64,000 nt of DNA from Eledone cirrhosa (taxonomy: Eukaryota), in contig OZ024743.1 in the NCBI GenBank assembly GCA_964016885.1, positions 5,456,001 to 5,520,000 on the forward strand, written 5' to 3'. Numbering within the stretch: position 1 is the first letter of the stretch; the number at the start of each line of letters is the position of its first letter. The translations under genes and the position numbers were made by a program. Shown here piece by piece: positions 41,690 to 52,543 of this stretch. Below the pieces are notes generated by a model, which did no database searches, was not told the DNA's origin, and saw only the letters and a list, made by a program, of their open reading frames with translations.

Positions 41690-42214
41690 GAACACTACTT
41701 CACAATATAAATACTGTTCATTGGTTTCCTCTTACTGTATTTCTCTTTTTTTTTTAAGGTTTTTTTTTTTTTTTGCTTATTTATTTGTTTTATTTATCTC
41801 TAACCCACTTGTTACCTCTTTCATGGAAACTATAGTTTTGTTTGTTATTCACAGCTGACAGTTTTGATAATGTGTTAATTACTTTCAAATCTCTACCATG
41901 CTACTCAATGTATATTATTGTTGTTGTCTATTTGTTTTGTTTCTGGCCTGTGTTTTTGTTGTTGATGTTTTTCTTTTGTTTTTTTGTTTTTGTTTTTTTT
42001 TTGCTTGTTTTTGATTATTTGTTTTAGTCTCTTAAATTAATGTTTTGGGGGTTTTTATTTTACATTATTTTCGTTCATTCTTTCTGTTTTGCCTCCCAGC
42101 CGTGATGGCGTTCCGAAGTAAACATGGTTTTGAAGAAAATGAATAAACTAGAATTAATCGTCCATGTACATCAAATTACGTACACACACGCGCCTGCGCA
42201 TTATATATATATAC

Positions 42215-42245
<31 letters not shown>

Positions 42246-42481
42246 TTTGTGTGTGTATATATGTGTATATATATATATATTACTATAATTGCTTTACAGC
42301 ATAGAGTTATGGCTCTCCACGGAGTCAACAAAAGAGAGTACCAGTGATGCGCTGGCCAGTCGCTGGATCCGTGCCAAAAGCAGAAAAATTATTATTAAAG
42401 TTGTTCTTAAGGTCGCTGGTGATGGTGATGGCGACGGCGGTGGCGGTGGTGGTGGTGGTGGCAGTTGATGTTGTTGTTCTG

Positions 42482-42582
<101 letters not shown>

Positions 42583-43499
42583 GTTATTTTGAGTTTTTTT
42601 TTTTTTTTCCTTTCTTTTTTTTCCCTCCTTTTTTTTTTTTTTTTTTTTTTCCCCTTCCCTTTTTCTTTTTTTCTTTTTTCTTTTCCCTTCCTTTTTTTTT
42701 TTTATGTTTTGATGCCGCTGTTGTTGTTGTTGTTGTAATTGTTGTAAATGTTCATTTCAGTTCATTCTGAAGCTGTTGTTGCTGTAAACATTAGTGCCGG
42801 TGTTGTTGTTGTTGTAGATGTTGGGGTTGAAATCTGGTTGTTTGACTGAGTGATGTATATACACACATATACATACACACACATATATATATATACATTC
42901 ATCAGAGAGTAGAGAGTTTGACAACAGGTCGATGACTTTAGTCTCGATAGGGTATGGTATGGTAATGACATGTGATGGTGGGGAGAGAGTGTAGACGTTA
43001 TTGTGGTGGTGGGGACAGTGAGATGTATCTAGTTCATTTGACCGTTTTCTTCTCTTAGCAAAATTTGAATTCTAGCCATGTTATATTGAGATGTAAGTAA
43101 ATGTAAAATATAAATAAGGATTGCTCTGCTAAAATATACTAAAATATTTGTGTAACTTCCACAAACTTCTGTCGTGACATTCCCGAGTCCAGTAACCAAC
43201 AAATTGTTGTATTTTGATGTAATATTTATAGTAATACTGGACTGTAATACGATCGGCTTCAACTATACAAACTCTTGAAAGTCAACAGTTGACATAATCT
43301 GGTAATCTTGTATCAGTAATGACGGTAATATATATATATATATATGTGTGTGTGTGCGTGTAAGTGAGTAGAGTAGCGTGTGTGTGTGTTTGTTGTGTGT
43401 GTGAGTGTTGCTGTGTGCACGCATATGTATGCGTGTGTGTGTATGTCGTACGTATAAGTGTCAATAAGTAATTTTTTTTTTTTTTTTTTTTTTTTTTTT

Positions 43500-43802
43500 G
43501 CGCGGGGACATAGAAATAATCGGGCTGGATGCCCGATCGCGCAGTTAAACCACTGGGAGTGAAGAACCCCTAGCCCATGTCAGGGTATTCTTCTAGGAGA
43601 AGGCATCTCAGGAAACTGGGTTAACTCCGATATAAAACCTGCGGCTCAGTAGTTACCGATGATGTTGATCTTTTCTTCTTTTCGGGTTATAGCTACTGTC
43701 GCTCAGAGAGTGGGATTGGTTCAGTGCACAGTCTTTCCTCACTTTAAAAATATTCGTCACGCACAGGCATTGCACGAGTGCATTAATAATTATTAATAGT
43801 GT

Positions 43803-43840
<38 letters not shown>

Positions 43841-46800
43841 TATTATTACTTTTTTTTTTTTTTTTTTTTTTTTCCAATTCAATGATGTTCCAGAACAATG
43901 TAAACGAGATAATTGCCAATTTGGGTTCTGGAACAAAAAGGATCATTGGCAATAAGGGCAGGGGCCCCAAGTTATCACAACCTGGGCCCGCCCGTCATCG
44001 TGCCATTGTAATAGAGCCAAACAGGGCATTTAGTCTTGGCTGCTGGAACGTACGGACGCTGCTTGACAGGGATTCTTTGGAGCGTCCTGAACGAAGGACC
44101 GCTCTTGTTGCGAAGGAGCTTCGACGTTACGATCTTGACATCGTGGCTTTGTCTGAGACGAGGTTAGCTGGAGATGGTCATCTTACGGAATTTTGTGGAG
44201 AATATACATTCTTCTGGAAAGGAAGAGATGAAGGAACCAGAAGAGAGGCTGGGGTAGGATTTGCTGTTAAGACTGTACTGGTGAATAAATTAGAAGAATT
44301 CCCAGTGGGGATTAGTGAGCGTCTTATGTCCATGAGAGTTCCGCTGGACAAGGGAAGATATGCTACCCTGGTGAGTGTGTATGCTCCAACTATGAATTCT
44401 GTCGATGAAGAAAAACTGTCCTTTTACCATGCCTTGAAAGGTGTTTTAAGAAATATCCCTCAGGCAGACAAAGTCATCGTGCTTGGTGACTTTAATGCTA
44501 GAGTGGGTAGGGATTTTAACACATGGAATGTAATCGGAAGGCATGGGGTGGGAAAGTGTAACAGCAATGGTATGCTCTTGCTGCAGATGTGTGAGGAGCT
44601 GGATCTGTGTGTTACCAACACCATGTTCCAACAAAAGAACAAATTCAAGACCACATGGATGCATCCTGCATCTAAGGAATGGCATCTTTTGGACTACGTC
44701 CTAGTCAGGATGCGTGACAGACAGGATGTGCAGTGTGTTCGTGTTCTTCGTGGAGCTGAGTGCTGGACGGACCACCGCCTGGTACGCGCAAAAGTGAATC
44801 TAATCACCAAACGTAAAATCCGGGCTCCTGGTGTTACCCTGCCCAAAAGATTGAATGCTGCTCGTCTTAAGGATAAAAATGTGAAGAGGACATTGGAAGA
44901 AGAGATGCAGGCTGCAGATCTTGGTGAGGATTGGCCGACCCTTAAAAAGTCGGTTTATGATGTAGGCAGACGTGTTCTGGGATTGGTGCAGAGAAAACAT
45001 CAGGACTGGTTTAATGAGAAAGATGTGCATATAGATGACTTGTTGGCTGATAAGAGGCGCGCTCTGTCACGCTACTTGACGGCAAAACCACAGGAGAGGA
45101 ATACGTTGCATGAGGAGCTCAGGGATGTAAAATCACGTGTTAGGCGGAGTCTTTCTCAGATGAAGGATCAGTGGTGGAGTGAGAAGGCTGGTGAGATACA
45201 AACTGCGTCTGATTGCAATAACACAAAGCTGTTGTACAGTCTCTTGCGTGAGGTTTATGGACCGTCTTCTTCTCTGGTGACACCGATTCGCAGCAGGGAT
45301 GGCAAAGAACTTCTTCGTGACTCACAGGGAATTCTACGAAGGTGGCGAGAGCACTTTGATGATCTTTTGAATCAGCCGTCTGTCGTCAGTGAAGATTTCC
45401 TCAATCTCATTCCGGAAAGTCCTGTGAAAGTAGCTCTCGCAGAACCTCCGACACTTGTGGAGGTTGCAGTGGCTATTTCGAAGCTGAACAGTGGAAGATC
45501 TCCAGGTATGGATGGCATACATGCTGAGCTCCTACAATATGGTGGTGAGAGACTCCTGCAACATCTTCACTCTCTGTTTGGAAGGATATGGGCTAATGAA
45601 TCCGTGCCTGAGGACTGGAGAGATGCAGTAATGGTGGTCTTGTACAAGGGAAAGGGTAACAGGAATGATTGTGGGAACTACAGAGGTATATCATTGCTTT
45701 CTGTCGTGGGGAAAGTTTTATGTAGGGTGCTTCTGGACCGTCTGCTGACACACATTGCAGATTGTGTCCTTCCTGAAAGTCAATCTGGTTTTCGTGTTGG
45801 ACGCGGCACTACTGATATGATCTTCTCAGCTAGACAGCTCCAGGAGAAGTGCATTGAACAGGGCTTGGATCTGTATCAGGTTTTTGTCGATCTGACAAAG
45901 GCTTTCGATACTGTCAACAGAGATGCATTATGGAAGGTTCTCCAGAAACTTGGTTGCCCTGATAAGTTCCTTGCTTTAGTTAGGTCTTTCCATGACGACA
46001 TGAAGGCTTGGGTTAATGTCGGAGGTAACATGTCGGAGCCTATCTCAGTAAAAAATGGAGTGAAACAGGGGGATATTCCAGCACCGACCCTGTTTGCCAT
46101 ATACTTTGCAATGGTTTTCTGTATTGCATTCAGGAATTGCGAGCATGGTGTTTACATCCGATATCGAACCTCAGGCAGCATATTTAACATCAGGCGCTTT
46201 GCTGCGAAGACAAAAGTATTTACATCAGTCATAAGAGACCTCTTGTATGCAGATGATTGCGATCTTGTAGCGCACACAGAGAGTGATATGCAGCACATTT
46301 TGAATGTATTTTCTGACGCTTGCACTGCCCTGGGTTTGACTGTCAGTCTCAAGAAAACCGTCGTCATGTACCAACCTGCACCTGGTAGGCAGTACACTGA
46401 ACCAAACATCTATGTGTATGGCAAACGACTTGGAGTGGTTGATCAGTTTGTCTACCTGGGAAGCACTGTCAATCGATACGGCAACCTTGACAGTGAAATC
46501 TCACTTAGGATTAGGAAAGCAAGTGATGCTTTCGGAAAGCTAGAAAGGCGACTCTGGGGTCGGCGAGACATATGCAGGAGGACAAAGGTAAAGGTGTACA
46601 GGGCATGTGTACTCTCTTGTCTTCTTTATGCCTGCGAGACCTGGGTCACATATCGACGCCACCTTAAGCAATTGGAGCGTTTCCATCAGATGTGTCTCAG
46701 ACGGATACATGGCGTTCACTGGAGGGACCACATCAGTGATGTCGAGATTTTGGAAAGCTCTATGTGTGACAGTATAGAAGCTCTTGTGCTTAAGCAGCGA

Positions 46801-47435
46801 CTCCGTTGGAGTGGTCACCTTGCCAGGATGAAGGATTCTAGAATACCAAAACAACTCTTCTATGGAGAGTTGGTTAAAGGAAAACGACCGCCACATAAAC
46901 CAAAAAAGAGGTATAAGGATTCCTTGAAGGCCTCTCTGAAAGACGCTAACATCTCTGCTGATACATGGGAAAATATTGCTGCTGATCGTAGTAAATGGAG
47001 AAAGACTGTATATGAGGGAAAAGTTGCCTTTGAGGCATCTCGAATCGCACACGAGAAAGTAAGGCGGGACGTGAGGAAGGGTATTGCTGTTGCACTTCCA
47101 GACGGCGAGGGTCCTCCTATGTTTCTGACATGCAGCGTCTGTGCGAGACTCTGCCTAAGCAAAGCTGGACTCGAAAGTCATCTTCGCAGTCATAAAGTAA
47201 GACCAGTGGTTGACTACCAGGCTGCTGTTGGAGATGCTACTCATCATGCTTGCCAAACATGTGGTAGAGAATGTAAATCAGCAGGAGGACTCAAGCGACA
47301 TGCAAAAGTACACGAACTCCAACCACAGCCGACTATTCCCAGTAAATGTTTTGGTTGCCGACTCTGTGCAAGACATTTTAGATCATTGGCTGGGCTAAAA
47401 AGCCACATTCGATCGCAGCACTGTTAGTTGCTATC

Positions 47436-47483
<48 letters not shown>

Positions 47484-47562
47484 GCTTATGTGCGTGCGTG
47501 TGTGTGTATATATATATGAATATGTATATTATTATTGTTGTTGTCGTTATTATTATTATTGC

Positions 47563-47611
<49 letters not shown>

Positions 47612-47733
47612 GTTATTAATGTATGTGTGTATATATGTGTGAGTGTATGTGTATGTATGTGTGTGTGTATATATGTATGTATGTGTATGTATGTGTGTGT
47701 GTATATATATGTGTATATATATATATGTGTATA

Positions 47734-47766
<33 letters not shown>

Positions 47767-47798
47767 CTTTTCCCTTTTTTTTTTTTTTTTTTTTTTAA

Positions 47799-47833
<35 letters not shown>

Positions 47834-47889
47834 TTTTTTTTTTTTTTTTTTTTTATTGTGCAATGGCCATACTCGATAACGAGGGGGCA

Positions 47890-47897
<8 letters not shown>
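43500..47897 (+). mobile_element. Full-length RTE-clade LINE
   Basis: Structured 5'UTR with TCTAGGAGAAGG motif, intact ORF, microsatellite-filled 3'UTR, terminal TGGCCATACTCGATAACGAGGGGGCAGCCATCATA, then (TA)n. Confidence 0.9.
43882..47427 (+). CDS. RTE polyprotein: APE endonuclease + reverse transcriptase + three C2H2 zinc fingers (1181 aa, intact)
   Basis: CWNVRTL, ALSETR, LGDFNARVG, LLDYV, TDHRLV; YRGISLL, DLTKAFDTV, GVKQGD, YADD; CSVC..HLRSH, CQTC..HAKVH, CRLC..HIRSQH. Confidence 0.97.
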   Translation: MMFQNNVNEIIANLGSGTKRIIGNKGRGPKLSQPGPARHRAIVIEPNRAFSLGCWNVRTLLDRDSLERPERRTALVAKELRRYDLDIVALSETRLAGDGHLTEFCGEYTFFWKGRDEGTRREAGVGFAVKTVLVNKLEEFPVGISERLMSMRVPLDKGRYATLVSVYAPTMNSVDEEKLSFYHALKGVLRNIPQADKVIVLGDFNARVGRDFNTWNVIGRHGVGKCNSNGMLLLQMCEELDLCVTNTMFQQKNKFKTTWMHPASKEWHLLDYVLVRMRDRQDVQCVRVLRGAECWTDHRLVRAKVNLITKRKIRAPGVTLPKRLNAARLKDKNVKRTLEEEMQAADLGEDWPTLKKSVYDVGRRVLGLVQRKHQDWFNEKDVHIDDLLADKRRALSRYLTAKPQERNTLHEELRDVKSRVRRSLSQMKDQWWSEKAGEIQTASDCNNTKLLYSLLREVYGPSSSLVTPIRSRDGKELLRDSQGILRRWREHFDDLLNQPSVVSEDFLNLIPESPVKVALAEPPTLVEVAVAISKLNSGRSPGMDGIHAELLQYGGERLLQHLHSLFGRIWANESVPEDWRDAVMVVLYKGKGNRNDCGNYRGISLLSVVGKVLCRVLLDRLLTHIADCVLPESQSGFRVGRGTTDMIFSARQLQEKCIEQGLDLYQVFVDLTKAFDTVNRDALWKVLQKLGCPDKFLALVRSFHDDMKAWVNVGGNMSEPISVKNGVKQGDIPAPTLFAIYFAMVFCIAFRNCEHGVYIRYRTSGSIFNIRRFAAKTKVFTSVIRDLLYADDCDLVAHTESDMQHILNVFSDACTALGLTVSLKKTVVMYQPAPGRQYTEPNIYVYGKRLGVVDQFVYLGSTVNRYGNLDSEISLRIRKASDAFGKLERRLWGRRDICRRTKVKVYRACVLSCLLYACETWVTYRRHLKQLERFHQMCLRRIHGVHWRDHISDVEILESSMCDSIEALVLKQRLRWSGHLARMKDSRIPKQLFYGELVKGKRPPHKPKKRYKDSLKASLKDANISADTWENIAADRSKWRKTVYEGKVAFEASRIAHEKVRRDVRKGIAVALPDGEGPPMFLTCSVCARLCLSKAGLESHLRSHKVRPVVDYQAAVGDATHHACQTCGRECKSAGGLKRHAKVHELQPQPTIPSKCFGCRLCARHFRSLAGLKSHIRSQHC

Positions 47898-47946
<49 letters not shown>

Positions 47947-47976
47947 TATACGTATGTATGTATGCATGTGTATATG

Positions 47977-48008
<32 letters not shown>

Positions 48009-48029
48009 CATACATATGTATATATGTAT

Positions 48030-48416
48030 ATGGTGGCTGCCAACTTGTTTTCGAGTACGGCCACTACTTTATATCCATGTAGGAGAACCCCTACCGATGC
48101 GCTGAACGAATGTGACTTTTTAGTCCAGCCAGCGACTTGAAAACTCTGGTACAAACACTACACTTGTGACAATTACTGACACATAGTGCTGGGCCCATGG
48201 TACCATGTGACGACAAGTGCAGAGAGATCTCCAGATATAAAGCAATGCCTGTGCCGTGAAGCTTTTATAGTGAGCAAAGGCACTGCACAAAGCCAGTCCC
48301 ACTCTCTTAACCAAGATGATATTTATCAAAAAGAAGAACAAGTCAACATCATTGGATACCATCAGAGTTGCAGGTGTTATATCAGAGTTTTCCTTCTCCT
48401 AGAATTCTGCCTTGAC
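48030..48416 (-). mobile_element. Internally deleted (bipartite) RTE derivative, 5'-truncated copy
   Basis: Highly similar to 48465-48850; 5' end abuts (CATA)n. Confidence 0.85.
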
Positions 48417-48464
48417 ATACATACATACATACATACATACATACATACATACATACATACATAC

Positions 48465-49066
48465 ATGGTGGCTGCCAACTCGTTTTCGAGTACGGCCACT
48501 ACTTTATATCCATGTAGGAGAACCCCTACCAATGCGCTAAACAAGTGTGACTTTTAGTCCAGCCAGCGACTTGAAAACTCTGGTACAAACACTACACCTG
48601 TGACAATTATTGACACATAGTGTTGGGCCTTTGGTACCATGTGACGACAAGTGTAGAGAGATCTCCAGATATAAAGCAATGCCTGTGCCGTGAAGCTTTT
48701 ATAGTGAGCAAAGGCACTGCACAAAGCCAGTCCCACTCTCTTAACCAAGATGATATTTACCAAAAAGAAGAATAAGTCAACATCATTGGATACCATCAGG
48801 GTTGCAGGTGTTATATCAGAGTTTTCCTTCTCTTAGAATTCTGCCTTGACAAAGGCTAAGGGGTCATCTCTCCCGGTGATTTTGGATGGCCATTGACTCT
48901 TAAGAGCTCCTTTGCCAGGTTTTGTTTTTAGTCCTGCAGGATGTCCAAAGTCACCCTCCTCACCAAGAAACCTTGGTGGGGTTGCCAGTTTAGTCGCCAA
49001 CGACCCGACCATGGGACAGGTTGTACTGGGATACATGTTACCAGTAGCACCAACTGGTGACCTGAC
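48465..49066 (-). mobile_element. Internally deleted (bipartite) RTE derivative, ~600 bp, in (CATA)n
   Basis: 5' part homologous to RTE 5'UTR 43590-43775, fused to the last finger ([17 protein letters not shown]) and the 3' terminal stem. Confidence 0.85.
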
Positions 49067-49209
49067 ATACATACATACATACATACATACATACATACAT
49101 ACATACATACATACATACATACATACAAAGTCGAATGGAGACATCTGTTTGTGAAGATATGCATGCATACAGGATTTGAGAAACATTATACCGCTTACAT
49201 CTCTCTCCC

Positions 49210-49261
<52 letters not shown>

Positions 49262-49270
49262 CGCGTGCGC

Positions 49271-49363
<93 letters not shown>

Positions 49364-50123
49364 CCATGTGGTATCAGATTCAGTCCCACTGCGGGACAAG
49401 TGTTTTCCACTATAGCATTGTTGTATGTGTGTACGTCGTTTATATTTACTGCTAGTTTATATCCTGCAACATAGCAGTTCGACAAGTAGATATCGATGAA
49501 GTAAATACCAGGCTTGAAAACATAAGCACTGGGTGTTAATTCGATCGACTAAATCCCTTGAAGGTAATCTTGAAACCAGTAAAACAATAAAAAAAAATGC
49601 GGTGCCCCATCATGGCTTCAGCTTGTCGGCTGAAACACATAATAGAGTAATAGAATGTAATAGAATACACAGAATCATTGTGAAACAGTTATGACGACGA
49701 GGTCGTAATGTACAACGCAATACTTTTTATACATTTTATAGTATAGAATGTTATCACAGAAAGAACAAAAACGATTCTTGTATGTTTAAATGGCTATCAT
49801 AGCTCTTCGATAATGTAATGGCTGCGTTTTATTTAAATAATAACGTGACTTAACCTCTATGCACATATACATAATTATATACGTATACATACATGCACAC
49901 ACAGATACATACTTACGTACATAAGTATATGCATACATAGATACTTTGATGATATATCTATGACAATATATGATGAAAACAAAGACGAATTGAAATACGT
50001 AGAGAAGTTTGTGAAGTCACTCAGTTTTAGTTATCTCATTCTCTCTTTCCCTTTCTATCTCACTCTCTCTTTCTCCATCTCTCTCTCCATCTCTCTCCAT
50101 ATCTCTCTCTATCAATCGCTCCA

Positions 50124-50215
<92 letters not shown>

Positions 50216-50271
50216 TTTCTCTCTCAATCTGTTTCCATCTATCTATCTATCCATCTATCTATATCTCTCTT

Positions 50272-50370
50272 TTGTTATTGCCTCCTCCTTATTGAGGACG
50301 CCTTTTTGTGTAAACTCCCCCCTTTGTACTTGTCCCACTTTTGATGCCCTAGTGGCAAATAAAAGAAATA
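50272..50370 (+). mobile_element. ~100-bp Tx1 3'-end insertion with 16-bp TSD
   Basis: TATCTATATCTCTCTT at 50256-50271 and 50371-50386; body matches 56143-56240 and the reverse complement of 2373-2472. Confidence 0.85.
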
Positions 50371-50606
50371 TATCTATATCTCTCTTACGATGGACACATG
50401 TGCTGAGCTCGCTCGGTAAGTTTCGTTTAAATTTATCTGGAAATTGTGAACTGTAAACTTTCATTTTCGTACCATTTTGTAGAGGGGGACTGCCAGGTCA
50501 AATTTTGATCTGGTCAGTCTCTCAAAATATTCTACGCCTTTAGGCGAAATAGTGTTGTAAACATTTTATCTTTCGAAAAATTTCGAAAAATCCTATTTTC
50601 AGAAAA

Positions 50607-52519
50607 ATGGCTGAAGCATCTTCACCAACAATCAAAGAAAGAAAAGGGAAGTCATACTCACAGCTTCCCCCTGCCACTGTCACAGCAGCAGATGCCAAAG
50701 GCAGAGGTCAGCCAGAGGAAGAATTTTCTTCACCTGTTGACCGACAACTTGATGTAGCCACAACTATACAAGAAACTGAAAACAACAACAACGACAACAA
50801 CAGCAACAATAAAGACAACAAAAACAACAACAACTCAAACGTCACATATGTAGTAAACACTTCCTTTCGTAAAGAAAGGGAATTTCACACGACAAAAAAT
50901 GAAAATAACAGACACCAAAAAATACAGAAAATGAAAAAATTGAAAACACATCCAACAATACCAATCAAAAGGAAAAAAATGTCAACACAAACACCAAAGA
51001 AAATACAAACAACAGTGACAACAACAGCAAAATTTCTTTTGCTGATACCGTAAAAAAAACGGAAATATTTCAACTTTTGGATTTAACCAACGCGAAACAA
51101 AAGTTGGAAGATGCTAAACAATATGTGACTTTTGGACCCAATGGGTCATTTAGCATAAATTCACCACAAGAACTAAGGAGAGAAAATGCCCTGAACACGG
51201 TGGTTTTCAGGACAATCTCAAATGCATCAAGAAAACCAGCTCAACTATCTCAGAGTGAGATTGAGCTAGCATTAAGGAACCACATGGATAACATTTTATT
51301 TATTCAGAAAGCCAAACTTTTCGGCAGCATCTCGGTGCTAATGAAAAACAACATAACAGCACAAAAATATTCCATCGCGCCCATTGTGTCCACCCATTTT
51401 ACATTTTTCCCCACATACATGGGAAAAAGAACGCAAAAAATAAAAATTACATGTATAAGACCCAAAGTAGATATTTGGTGGATACTTTATGGCCTAATTG
51501 ACCTTGAACAAGACACTTTGATCTCAGTAGGAAAATCCTCCAGAGATATATTTAGTGGGACTAGCATCGAAATTCTGGTGCAGATGAGCCCAGAACGTAT
51601 AATGAAAATCCTACAGAGAGTACCTCTGGATGGACAGACCTACATAAACATTTCGGTTGAGGGTAGGCGGTCCGCATGTTACCACTGCGCAAGCAGAGGT
51701 CACCTAAGAGCTGCCTGTCCTCAATTGACAAAAAAAAAACCACTTTTACCAACACCACAAATAACAACACAACCACCACCACCACGACAACAAGAAAAAA
51801 CAACAGAGAACAATATTCCACCCAACTCCTCCCCACCCAAAACAAATACAAAAACACACACAGACACTACAGAACCCCAAAACATACCCCTACCCATCAA
51901 CACGGATGAGGAACCCCTATCGATGGCACCCAGCGGCGATGAGGAGGAACCCTTCCAACCCGTGAAAAGAATAAAAAGAAAGAACTGCATGAACAAAAAC
52001 GAAACAAACACACAAACACCAGCACAAACAGCACAAAAATCACAAACAAAAGTTCCCCCTCCCGAAAACAAAACACCCACAACAAAGAGAAAACACATGC
52101 AGGAACCACAGACAAAAACAAACACAACACAGGAAAAGTACACATACACTTACATAAACGAAGAAAATAGAACACTGATGGAGACCATCAGAAACAACCC
52201 TTTGGTCAAAACCGAAGGGAAAACTTTGGATAGCTCCAACAAAAACAAAAAAATGAACCTAAAACTGATCAGGGTCCCTATAGGAACTTATAGATCCCTA
52301 AAATATTTTGTAGAGGACGTGGGGAATTCCTGCGTGAAACCAATCAACCGCGTCCTCTACAAAGGCCTCCCCACCACAGGCATCCCCACCCCACCAGACA
52401 CCCCTTCCCCACCTAACACCTCCGTCCCCACCCCGCCAGCAACCACCACCCCACCCAACAACCCATCCCCCACCCTCATGGAAATTGTGCAGCCCGATAC
52501 CCGGGACGCAGAGAGGTAA
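50607..52519 (+). pseudogene. Tx1 ORF1 (N-terminal frameshifts; 51077-52519 open; CYHCASRGHLRAAC)
   Basis: ORF track plus homology to 250-2150. Confidence 0.85.
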
Positions 52520-52543
52520 GTGCCTTTTCTCTTCACCACCAAC

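Noticed and set aside
42075-42200. Possible host exon or promoter (pyrimidine tract + CAG; GATGGCG and GCGCCTGCGC motifs)
   Set aside because: No convincing donor or reading frame; short motifs alone are insufficient without RNA data.
43500-43660. HDV-like ribozyme in the RTE 5'UTR
   Set aside because: Hairpins are present, but I could not thread the P1/P1.1/P2/P3 double pseudoknot; needs a descriptor search.
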